The notes under the pieces are model-generated. The model was not told where the DNA came from. It did no database searches and was given only the letters and a program-made list of their open reading frames with translations. Position numbers and translations under genes: made by a program. From an uncultured virus (IMG/VR IMGVR_UViG_3300011008_000014) (taxonomy: Duplodnaviria > Heunggongvirae > Uroviricota > Caudoviricetes): 55,786 nt of DNA. Position 1 is the stretch's first letter, and each line of letters starts with the position of its first letter. Below, one piece after another: positions 8,895-17,632 of the stretch. Where the stretch lies: the IMG/VR virus record IMGVR_UViG_3300011008_000014. One strand, written 5' to 3'.

Positions 8895-8960
8895 CAACAT
8901 CAAACAACAATAGAACCATTTAGAGCAGCCGCCGACTGTTGAAACACTGGCAAGACGATT

Positions 8961-9308
8961 ATGACAGCAACGACAAGAAATCAGATGAGACAGGTGATGA
9001 ACATGGCACACAGCATTATGAAGGCCACAGGTTACACCCGCACATGGAGCGAAGTATTAAAGAACGCTTGGATGGTCATCAAGTTGCAGTTGAAGATGCG
9101 CACGAAGTCAGTAGAGTTTTGGTACGTCAAGGTATCAACAGGAGAGACCCGACAGGCATTTGGGACACTCATACCTACCATCATTGACCCGCTGATTAAG
9201 AACAGCGAGAACCACAAGCGCGGTAAGGATTGCATTACCTATTTCGACATTCAGAAGCAGGAGTTCAGATGCTTCAAGTCTTACAACCTCGTCAAGGTAG
9301 TGGCCTAA
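8961..9308 (+). CDS. DUF2693/WYL_2-type SH3 beta-barrel protein
   Basis: VEFWYVKV.TGETRQAFGTL...YFD...FRCFK. Confidence 0.8.
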   Translation: MTATTRNQMRQVMNMAHSIMKATGYTRTWSEVLKNAWMVIKLQLKMRTKSVEFWYVKVSTGETRQAFGTLIPTIIDPLIKNSENHKRGKDCITYFDIQKQEFRCFKSYNLVKVVA

Positions 9309-9377
9309 ATAAAGGCCGCTACAGGGCGAAAGACAGGCGAATGGATATAGTACCCACAAACGAAAAGAAAAGGCGAT

Positions 9378-9659
9378 ATGAAAGCATTATATTGGTTTAT
9401 TTTGGCACAGGTTATCACATTGTCATATTCGATATATGACATTGTACGAATGAACAGGAGAAACGGGCTGTTTAAGATGACGGTGCTTCAAGTGTATTTG
9501 ATGAAGCATCATGGCATCAGCGCGGAAGAAGCGGAGGATGAATATATCAAGTTCATCAAATGCGAAAAAGAAATCTTGGACGAAATAAAAAGTATCTGCC
9601 TAACTGAAAACTATGGCAGGCATGAAGTTGCGAAGTACAGACAGAGACATGGATTGTAA
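9378..9659 (+). CDS. Hypothetical membrane-anchored protein
   Basis: N-terminal hydrophobic segment. Confidence 0.55.
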   Translation: MKALYWFILAQVITLSYSIYDIVRMNRRNGLFKMTVLQVYLMKHHGISAEEAEDEYIKFIKCEKEILDEIKSICLTENYGRHEVAKYRQRHGL

Positions 9660-9671
9660 AACAAGGCCGTC

Positions 9672-9947
9672 ATGCGAAGAATAAGCCAAATAAAGTATTA
9701 TCAGCCGATAACAGCCAACACGCCCGAAAGGTGCATTGAGGATGGCTATGCGTTTGCTTTTGGCGAAAGCTACCCCAGCGGATATGCCGCAAAGGTAATA
9801 CAGGCCAAAAGGCACACAAAGAACGGCAAATATGCAATGATATGCGTGATAAGCTATGAAATGGCAAAGGGCAACGTGGTAAAGTCTATCACACGCGAGT
9901 ATTTCAAGAATGGCGAACTGGCAGAAACAAAGAAACAAACATTTTAA
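9672..9947 (+). CDS. Hypothetical phage protein
   Basis: Packed ORF. Confidence 0.6.
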   Translation: MRRISQIKYYQPITANTPERCIEDGYAFAFGESYPSGYAAKVIQAKRHTKNGKYAMICVISYEMAKGNVVKSITREYFKNGELAETKKQTF

Positions 9948-9959
9948 TCAGATAAGACT

Positions 9960-10148
9960 ATGACAGTAAACGGAGTAAAAGTAGATAGCGTGAGAATCGT
10001 AGGCGACAATGGCGTTTGCGTGAATATCACAGATACGGAGAAAGGCAACCTTCGCATTACGGAAGTCGGCCAGTACCTCAAGACATTGCAGGTCATCCCG
10101 CAAAATTCAAACAGTCTAATCATCAGCAGCACAAGAGACATGTATTGA
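9960..10148 (+). CDS. Hypothetical phage protein
   Basis: Packed ORF. Confidence 0.6.
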   Translation: MTVNGVKVDSVRIVGDNGVCVNITDTEKGNLRITEVGQYLKTLQVIPQNSNSLIISSTRDMY

Positions 10149-10149
10149 T

Positions 10150-10380
10150 ATGATAGCATACAAATTCACTATATCCAGCGACATCTGCGGAAAGGTGGAA
10201 TCCTATATCCGCAAGAAGTTCAGAGGCAGTAAGCGCGTTTTCGTTCAATCACAATTCGATGACGAAATCTTACTGGTGGCCGAAAGCAGGGAAGCGTGTA
10301 GCGGAATAAGGAGCGACGTGGAGGTCATCTGTGAATATGAGGGTGTAGAATACAAATGTGATATACTTAAAGACGATTGA
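10150..10380 (+). CDS. Hypothetical phage protein
   Basis: Packed ORF. Confidence 0.6.
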   Translation: MIAYKFTISSDICGKVESYIRKKFRGSKRVFVQSQFDDEILLVAESREACSGIRSDVEVICEYEGVEYKCDILKDD

Positions 10381-10625
10381 TTATAGCCGAAACGGTTGAG
10401 GTAAATGGAATGACATTTCAACGAACAAAATTGCTCCCGAATTTTCAAGGGGTATATGATTCAGACCCATGCACTGAGTGCCATCTTGATATTCACTGGG
10501 TAGATTACGGTGGCAAATGTTTGTGCGGTAAGATAGACTGTGCAAGAAAGAACAGAAAAGACCCCCATGTGTGGACGATAGTAGGAGGTATAGAACAACT
10601 AAAATCAAAGGATACGAAACTATGA
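10377..10625 (+). CDS. Cys-rich hypothetical protein
   Basis: CTEC...CLC...C. Confidence 0.5.
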   Translation: MIIAETVEVNGMTFQRTKLLPNFQGVYDSDPCTECHLDIHWVDYGGKCLCGKIDCARKNRKDPHVWTIVGGIEQLKSKDTKL

Positions 10626-10789
10626 CAGCAAGACAGGAGAACAATCTGAATAAGGTGAGGGATTTGCTAAAGCAGGCGCGGAACTTGCTCGACGGTGTGA
10701 TGTACGGCGATGACCCGCTGGCCGATGGCGAATTTAAGAAGGTGCGCGGATGCCATGACTGTATCTGTAGGGCAAACGACTGTATTTGA
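10622..10789 (+). CDS. Small hypothetical protein
   Basis: ATGA overlap with previous stop (MTARQE). Confidence 0.5.
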   Translation: MTARQENNLNKVRDLLKQARNLLDGVMYGDDPLADGEFKKVRGCHDCICRANDCI

Positions 10790-11076
10790 AAGCTATGACG
10801 GTATTTGAACGGAACGCCCGCTATTCGTACAGCGAGACACTGAACCACCTTATCGGCAATGGCTGGCGGTGGCCTCACCTTCGCACATGCCGACACAATG
10901 GGTATGAAGTCATTACCTATGCAGACAGCAACCGCACAAGGGGATTTCATGCAAAATTCTTCTTGAACGGAAAGCTGGTGAAGATGCGGGATAAAATTTT
11001 CAAGGCCAACATCGAAGAGTATTGTAAGAACTATATAGACCAAGTGTTAGTGAAAGAGAATTATGGAACAGAATGA
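10786..11076 (+). CDS. Hypothetical phage protein
   Basis: Packed ORF. Confidence 0.55.
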   Translation: MKAMTVFERNARYSYSETLNHLIGNGWRWPHLRTCRHNGYEVITYADSNRTRGFHAKFFLNGKLVKMRDKIFKANIEEYCKNYIDQVLVKENYGTE

Positions 11077-11455
11077 ATTGAAACGTCTGATGGTGGGCGA
11101 TTGGGTATATAACACCCACAACAGGCAGAACGAGCAGGTGCAGCAGATATTGGAATTGGGCGTTATGCTTGATTACAATGACATCTACAGTGCCGACGAT
11201 ATAGAGCCAGTGAAGCTGACCCCCGAAATACTGGAGCGGAATGGCTTTACGAATTATGGTGAATCTTGGTACATCCCAACAAAAAATGATGAAGATATTC
11301 ATATAATGATAGGCTTTCACCGAAGGGAGAATGTGATTGATGTTTGGCAGAACTTGAAAGTGTCTTATCGGAAAACAACTGTAAACAAGTTATATGTTCA
11401 TCAACTCCAGCAAGTCTTACGCATTTGTGGAGTCAATAAAGAAATCGAGCTATGA
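11063..11455 (+). CDS. YopX-like phage protein
   Basis: LMVGDWV...IEPVKLTPEILERNGF...VHQLQ..LRICG. Confidence 0.7.
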   Translation: MEQNELKRLMVGDWVYNTHNRQNEQVQQILELGVMLDYNDIYSADDIEPVKLTPEILERNGFTNYGESWYIPTKNDEDIHIMIGFHRRENVIDVWQNLKVSYRKTTVNKLYVHQLQQVLRICGVNKEIEL

Positions 11456-11772
11456 ACGAAGTAAACGAAAGGCTGCAACAGGCAGCGGAAGAAAAGGCTA
11501 TCTGTCTTGAAGAGACCATTGGCACGTCGCCGCATTCGCGGGATGCCATTGTGGATTGTCTGATAGAAATGGCTGGCTGGCAGCGCGATAACATGTGGCA
11601 TGACGTTTCGGAACTGCCGAGCAATGGCAGTAAGATTGTTGTTGTCGGTCAAAGTGACGATGTGTTTTCATGTACCCATGTCGCTGGCGGCAAGTACAAG
11701 GCTTATTGGGATGTGTACGACTTGCGGAATTGCAAGAAATGGTGCTACGTTGAAGATTTATTGCCTGTATAG
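11452..11772 (+). CDS. DUF551-like phage protein
   Basis: WHDVSELP...KWCYVEDLLP. Confidence 0.65.
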   Translation: MNEVNERLQQAAEEKAICLEETIGTSPHSRDAIVDCLIEMAGWQRDNMWHDVSELPSNGSKIVVVGQSDDVFSCTHVAGGKYKAYWDVYDLRNCKKWCYVEDLLPV

Positions 11773-11838
11773 CGGCAATTATTATAACCACGGCTGCAAT
11801 TTTTGTTGTTTGAAGTGCGGAATGTGGAAAACTTTTCG

Positions 11839-11846
11839 TACCTTTG
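11839..11846 (+). promoter_or_regulatory. -7 element TACCTTTG in front of the putative sRNA
   Basis: Perfect TAnnTTTG followed by C; no credible ORF before the terminator ~90 nt downstream. Confidence 0.65.
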
Positions 11847-11849
11847 CAG

Positions 11850-11940
11850 CCGAATGGCCATTTGGTCATTCATGCACCCGAAAGGGTGTATCTAAATGGT
11901 TTTGGGCGTATGGCGTTGTGAAATGCTGTGCGCCTTTTTC
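11850..11940 (+). ncRNA. Putative structured small RNA: two hairpins, unpaired seed CTAAATGGTTTT, intrinsic terminator
   Basis: Hairpins 11852-11871 and 11872-11891 (GAAA loop), unpaired 11892-11903, terminator stem 11904-11935 plus T run; seed is antisense to the repeated leader motif. Confidence 0.65.
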
Positions 11941-12026
11941 GTATGCCTTAAATCGCCTTTTTCTTCACCTAAACACAAGGTGAAATCATAAATCAGCACA
12001 TTTTGGATTCTGTCGGATAATAGGTG

Positions 12027-12034
12027 TAACTTTG
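12027..12034 (+). promoter_or_regulatory. Promoter for tape measure operon (-7 TAACTTTG; -33 TTTG 12002-12005)
   Basis: Consensus elements with a 21-nt spacer. Confidence 0.7.
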
Positions 12035-12062
12035 CCCGAAATGAATTAAAAGAAGCGAACAG

Positions 12063-15000
12063 ATGGCCGAGTTATATTTCAAGGTACATTCCGACTGGCA
12101 GGAGGTAGTAAGGTTGCGCAATGAAATTGTGCATCTTGAAAGTAAGTTGAATCAGTTCAACGGTAAAGCACCGCTGGATGTGCTGGATAAGATGTGTGAC
12201 GAACTGACGGCGGCAAAGGCAAGGCTAACGGAATTGGTCAATGCAGCAGCCATTGAAGGGTCGAAACTGGATGGTGCTCTTAAAAAGGGTACTACCATTG
12301 ATATGTCAACTCCGATAGGACAGCTTAAAGCGTTTGATGACGAACTGATAAAGCTGTGTTCCAACTTGAATACCTACTTCGATACATTGAAGGGCAAGTT
12401 GCAGGATTTGACTTCCGTACTTGGCAATGGTGCAAACATCACCGACAACATCAAGGTCAATGATGACAACATAGCCAAGCTGGAAGAATTGAAAAGGCAG
12501 AATGCCGAACTGATGGAGTTGGTAAAGAAGCGTCAAGAGGAACTTGAAAAGGAGCGCGAGATATACAACCAGCTTGCGAATGCCGTGCGTACAAACAACA
12601 CGTCGGCCATAAGCATGATGACGAACACAGCAACGGAAAGTGTCAGTCAGATAAAGGCGAAAATCAAGGAGGCCAATGCCGAGGTCGCACAGCAGAAAAT
12701 CATTGTCGAAGAGATGTCGGCTGCTTATGACAAACAGCAGGCAAAGGTTGACAAACTGGAGAAAAAACTTGCAGGCTTAAAGGCGTTCTATGGCGAATCG
12801 CGTCAAAGCTACAACGGCCAGTCGCAGATTATCGAAGCGGAGGAGAATCTTCGGAAAGCCCAGCAGCAACTCACCAGCATCAAGACGGACTTGACCGTGG
12901 CGAAGGATGAGCAGAAGCAGATGAACGATAAGGTTGCCGAATATGAGGAGCAACTGGAAAGCGCGGGAAACAAGGCCGTAAGGATGCGCACACAGATAAT
13001 GAATGCCCGCGAAGCCATGATGCAGCTGATAGCGGCTGGCAAGGGCGGTACTCCCGAATTTCAGAAACTTGCGGAAGAGGCTGGTACGATGCGCAGGCAT
13101 ATGGCTTTGGCAAACGCCACCATGCAGTATTTCGCAACCCCGAACCGTCACCTTGAAGGATTAAAAACCGCTTTGCAGGGCGTGGCTGGTGCAGCGAGCC
13201 TTGCTACTGGCATCTTGGGCATATTCAATACCAATTCCGAGAAGATGGCTGAGATACAGACTAAGATACAGTCGTATTTGGGTGTTATCATCGGATTGGA
13301 AAGTGCTTACGCTGCTGTCAAGAAAACAAGTAATGCCATGCTTCTGATTTCGGAGGTACGGTCATTAGCGTTGGCAAAGGCAAAAACGTATGAGACTGTT
13401 GCGACGAATGCAGGAACGATAGCAACGATGAAAGCTGCCGCCGCACAAGCATTCTTCAATACTGTTGCGAAGATGAATCCCTACCTTCTGCTGATTAGTG
13501 GAATAGGTCTTTTGTGTGGTGCTATATGGGGATTGACAAAGGTGCTTAACTCAGAATCCGAAGCAGAGAAGAAGTTGCAAAAGGAACGTGAAGCCCGTAT
13601 TAAAGAGGCGCGTGAAGCACATGAAAAATGGGCTAATGAAGTCGCCAGTTCTGCGGGCAAGCAGATTGCATCTTACGAAAACCTCAAACGGAAATGGAAA
13701 GAACTTGGCAACGATTTGAATGCCAAGAAGAAATTCATCGACGACAATAAGGATGCCTTTCACGATTTGGGGTGGGCTGTTAATAATGTTGCTGATGCAG
13801 AAAACCTGTTTACAAAGAACACACAGGCAGTTATCAATGCTATGCTGGCAAGGGCAAAGGCTGCGGCCTATCAGACAGCGATAGCAGATGAATATGCTAA
13901 GTCCATCAAGAAGCGCGACCAAATAGACAACACAGTTGCTGGTGGTGGATATAGAAGGGTATATAAGGAAGGTGACAGGCTGACAAATGACCAAATAAAG
14001 GCTCTTAATCAGCAGTATGGGGTTAATCTGAGTGCAACATCGTTAGACCCAAGAACCCAAATCAAAGGCGTTTCATTTTCCACTGATTCAAAGCTGACGG
14101 CAGCTTCGGCGGCTTATCTTACATCACTGGAGGCGAAAGACGCCACTAAGCGATGGAAAGCCAATGTGGATGCACTGAACAAAGAAACCGAAGAGCGTGT
14201 TGGCTACCTTACGAAAGGACTTGAGCAGGCTGTGAAGCAACAGGAGCAAGCCGTGAAAGCTGTAGGTGTTCAAGAATGGCAAGGCGGCGGGAAACGTGGT
14301 AACAACAAAAAAGGAAACTCGCCCGATGATATAGTACAACGCCAGCTTTTGCAGCAACAGGAAGCCGCCCGCATACAACATCAGAACCAGTTGCTACAGG
14401 AGCAGGCCGTCATCGACCAAATGGATGACGGAGCGGAAAAGGAACTGGCACAGATGCGCCTTAACCATAAGAAGCGCATGGCCGAACTTGACAACGAGCA
14501 ACAGGACATCTTGAATAAGAAGATTGAAACTGCAAGCAAGGATAAAAGTGGCAATACCATCAACGGGTTCTATACAACAGGACAATATAAGAAGGTTCAG
14601 TTGACAGAAGATGACATGCTCGGAGTCAATTCCAAGCGTATGTCGGAACTAATTGCTTTCTTTGATTCAATCGGAGGCAGTTCTGCTTATGCGGAGGATA
14701 GGGTGAAAGCCTTACGTCAAGCCTATTCGGATTTCATGGCTGGTACAAAAGATGCTGATGGAAACCCGTTGGTATCTGATGACATACTTAATAACATCGA
14801 GGCACAGTTCAACAAGGTACAGGATGAAATCCGAAAAGAGGAACTTCGTGCCATGCGTGATTATCTGCGTGAATACGGCAGCTTTGAACAGCAGAAACTC
14901 GCCATCACGCAAGATTATGAAGAGCGTATCAAGAAAGCCCGTACAGAAGGTGAAAGGATGAAACTGGAGAAAGAGCGTGACAAGGCTCTTTCCAGCTTGT

Positions 15001-17219
15001 CTTATGAAAATATTTCTATGGGTATAGACTGGTCGGCATTACTGAAAGGTGTTGGCAGTCTGAGCCAAGAAATGCTGAAACCGATGTTGGAACAGCTACA
15101 GGCATTCACAAAGACAGATGAGTTCAATGAAGCTGATATACAGGAACGTGAAAAGGTTATTGAACTGATAAATGAACTGCGGCGATATGTTGGTACTGAC
15201 CAAAACGCAACATGGCAACAGCTATCCACTGCTATTGCAAAATTCTCTGAGTCTGTTGCAAAATACAAAGAAGCAGAAAATAACGAAAAGGTGGCTATTC
15301 AGAATGTCGCAAATGCACGTACAAAGCTGGCAAAAGGTGAAATCACACAGGCAGACTTTGAAAGAATGCAGCGCGAAGCGAATGAGTTAGGCCAAAAGAC
15401 GGCAGAGGCAAGGGATGAGATGCAGAATCTTGGACGGACGCTGAATGAAACAAGCGAACAGGTCAAAGGATATGTGTCACCACTGACCACGGCATTAAGC
15501 AAGATGACATCTTGGAGTGGCGTGGAAGGCTTCAGCGGATTACAGAATAGTGTATCACAAATCGACCAGTTAAAGGGTACGCTTGATTCTATATTACCCA
15601 GCATGGGCGATGGTATGGCGAAAACCATTGGAAGCAGCCTGTCATCTGTAATGGGGTCGGGATTGTCTGCTTTAGGCAATGGTCTTTCATCTGTAATGTC
15701 GAGTGGCATTGGCGGGTTAATCGGCATTATTGCACAGATTCCGAAAATGATTCTGCAAATTGCAGAAATTATAAAGAATGTTGTGACTGGCATATTGGAT
15801 GCCATCACTACTATCTTGAAACTGGAATGGGTCAGCGACCTTGTGAACAGCATATTGGAGGCAGTCGGCAATCTGATTGATGCTATCTTTGACCTGCCCG
15901 AAAACCTGTTCAAAATGCTTTCAAGCATTGTAGTCGATGGTGTCGGCGGGCTTGTTGACGGCGTACTTGGAAGAGTCGGAAATGTCTTGTCTTTTGGCTT
16001 GCTTGACAGTGCAGGGCCATCTTCATGGTTCACCAACGGAAACGAAGAGGAGGTTGCCGAAACATCGAAAGCACTTACAGAAGAGAATGAAAGGTTGCGA
16101 AAGTCCATTGACAGGCTTAACGACAGCATGAACAAAAAGAGCGGTGTTGCTGCCATCAAGGATTATGAACAGTTAGTAGCCCAACAAAGGAAGGTTAATG
16201 CCAATCTTGTCGCGGAAATAGATAATCAGATGGGCTACCATTCAGCCCACCATTCAAACAACTACTATGCCAACGATGATGTGGTACGTTCATGGCAGGC
16301 AAGACTTAATGCCCTGTTCCGTGAGCATCAGAATGACTACGGCAAAAACAGCGTACAGCAGGCTAACCTCTCAAGCGGTATTGGTGCATTCTATCAGATG
16401 ACACCCGAACAGTTGGCCATCGTCCGTGACTATGCAGGTGATATATGGGAGTATCTGACAACGGTAGGTAAATATGACAAGTCGGAATATTGGGAAAATG
16501 CCGCTGATGCTGCTGGCGAGGTGCAGAAAATAACACATTCCTTGTATGAGAACTTGACTCAAATGAGTTTCGATACCCTCAAAGACAATTTCCTTTCATC
16601 GCTGATGGACATGAGCACTGATTGGGATGACACCTTGGACGGTATGATGGATAACTTTGAGGAAATGTTCAGAAAGGCAGCTTTGAACTTTGCACTTTCA
16701 AGCGTCAACCAAGAATTGCAGGAATTTTGGGAAGATTGGGGTGAAAGGATGAAAGCTGGCACTGAACTGACAGAGGGTGACATCGAAGAATATAAGCGCA
16801 GATACCAACAATTAGTTGAAAAAGGATTGGCAGAACGTGAAAGAATCGCAGATATTACTGGATATGACGAAACACATGCCGCCAAGCAGGAGGCAGACAA
16901 GAAGGGATTTGCTGGCATGTCACAGGATTTGGGCGAGGAGTTGAACGGAAGGTTTACTGCTGTTCAGATTGCTGGCGAGAATATTTCTGCACAGATGAAT
17001 GTGGCCGTGCCTATACTTACTGGCATAGGTGTTTCCATGTCACGGACTGCTGAAATGGTTGACGGCATAGGCCGCGTGGCTGATGACATGCTGACGAACA
17101 TCGTAGAGTGCTATACGGAACTGAACCTTATACGCATCAACACTGATGACATGTATAAGATTATGAAGGAGAATAAAGGTACACTGGAGAAAATAGAAAA
17201 GAATACACAATCATTATAG
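12063..17219 (+). CDS. Tail tape measure protein
   Basis: 1718 aa, helical/coiled-coil, Ala/Gly-rich hydrophobic segments, C-terminal MSQD..EELNGRFTA motif, position before distal tail. Confidence 0.9.
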   Translation: MAELYFKVHSDWQEVVRLRNEIVHLESKLNQFNGKAPLDVLDKMCDELTAAKARLTELVNAAAIEGSKLDGALKKGTTIDMSTPIGQLKAFDDELIKLCSNLNTYFDTLKGKLQDLTSVLGNGANITDNIKVNDDNIAKLEELKRQNAELMELVKKRQEELEKEREIYNQLANAVRTNNTSAISMMTNTATESVSQIKAKIKEANAEVAQQKIIVEEMSAAYDKQQAKVDKLEKKLAGLKAFYGESRQSYNGQSQIIEAEENLRKAQQQLTSIKTDLTVAKDEQKQMNDKVAEYEEQLESAGNKAVRMRTQIMNAREAMMQLIAAGKGGTPEFQKLAEEAGTMRRHMALANATMQYFATPNRHLEGLKTALQGVAGAASLATGILGIFNTNSEKMAEIQTKIQSYLGVIIGLESAYAAVKKTSNAMLLISEVRSLALAKAKTYETVATNAGTIATMKAAAAQAFFNTVAKMNPYLLLISGIGLLCGAIWGLTKVLNSESEAEKKLQKEREARIKEAREAHEKWANEVASSAGKQIASYENLKRKWKELGNDLNAKKKFIDDNKDAFHDLGWAVNNVADAENLFTKNTQAVINAMLARAKAAAYQTAIADEYAKSIKKRDQIDNTVAGGGYRRVYKEGDRLTNDQIKALNQQYGVNLSATSLDPRTQIKGVSFSTDSKLTAASAAYLTSLEAKDATKRWKANVDALNKETEERVGYLTKGLEQAVKQQEQAVKAVGVQEWQGGGKRGNNKKGNSPDDIVQRQLLQQQEAARIQHQNQLLQEQAVIDQMDDGAEKELAQMRLNHKKRMAELDNEQQDILNKKIETASKDKSGNTINGFYTTGQYKKVQLTEDDMLGVNSKRMSELIAFFDSIGGSSAYAEDRVKALRQAYSDFMAGTKDADGNPLVSDDILNNIEAQFNKVQDEIRKEELRAMRDYLREYGSFEQQKLAITQDYEERIKKARTEGERMKLEKERDKALSSLSYENISMGIDWSALLKGVGSLSQEMLKPMLEQLQAFTKTDEFNEADIQEREKVIELINELRRYVGTDQNATWQQLSTAIAKFSESVAKYKEAENNEKVAIQNVANARTKLAKGEITQADFERMQREANELGQKTAEARDEMQNLGRTLNETSEQVKGYVSPLTTALSKMTSWSGVEGFSGLQNSVSQIDQLKGTLDSILPSMGDGMAKTIGSSLSSVMGSGLSALGNGLSSVMSSGIGGLIGIIAQIPKMILQIAEIIKNVVTGILDAITTILKLEWVSDLVNSILEAVGNLIDAIFDLPENLFKMLSSIVVDGVGGLVDGVLGRVGNVLSFGLLDSAGPSSWFTNGNEEEVAETSKALTEENERLRKSIDRLNDSMNKKSGVAAIKDYEQLVAQQRKVNANLVAEIDNQMGYHSAHHSNNYYANDDVVRSWQARLNALFREHQNDYGKNSVQQANLSSGIGAFYQMTPEQLAIVRDYAGDIWEYLTTVGKYDKSEYWENAADAAGEVQKITHSLYENLTQMSFDTLKDNFLSSLMDMSTDWDDTLDGMMDNFEEMFRKAALNFALSSVNQELQEFWEDWGERMKAGTELTEGDIEEYKRRYQQLVEKGLAERERIADITGYDETHAAKQEADKKGFAGMSQDLGEELNGRFTAVQIAGENISAQMNVAVPILTGIGVSMSRTAEMVDGIGRVADDMLTNIVECYTELNLIRINTDDMYKIMKENKGTLEKIEKNTQSL

Positions 17220-17222
17220 GAT

Positions 17223-17618
17223 ATGGCAGTATTATCATTAACACTGGACGGCGACAGGATAGGAGCCGCACACATTGACGAGGGATTTCTCGACAACCTT
17301 GAGAATGGCGTGGAAATGAAGCCAGTGCCATCAAATTCTGTTAGGACGGAGCACGGTGAGACCGAACTGGATATAGAACCCCGCAAGGCCAGCCGTGAAG
17401 TCATGCTGCCATTCGCCTTTGGCGGTACGAATGCGCGGGCATTGTGCAGCGCGTTTGTCGCTTCGCTACAGGCCGCAAGCATGGTGCATCTGACGGCCAA
17501 CGGCACGACATACAAGCTGAGATACCTTGGAAAGAGCAATACCTATAAGTCGTATGCCTATGGCAAGGTGGTGAAGATAAACATCCGCTTCAAAGAGCCC
17601 AATCCCAATGACAGATAA
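17223..17618 (+). CDS. Distal tail (Dit-like) protein
   Basis: 131 aa immediately after TMP, ends F.EPNP.DR. Confidence 0.7.
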   Translation: MAVLSLTLDGDRIGAAHIDEGFLDNLENGVEMKPVPSNSVRTEHGETELDIEPRKASREVMLPFAFGGTNARALCSAFVASLQAASMVHLTANGTTYKLRYLGKSNTYKSYAYGKVVKINIRFKEPNPNDR

Positions 17619-17632
17619 CAAGCAAGAAGATT

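Noticed and set aside
11498..11983. ORFs 11600..11983 (+) and 11498..11869 (-) over the sRNA region
   Set aside because: They overlap a better-supported gene, cross a promoter (and, for the + ORF, a terminator), and have implausible composition
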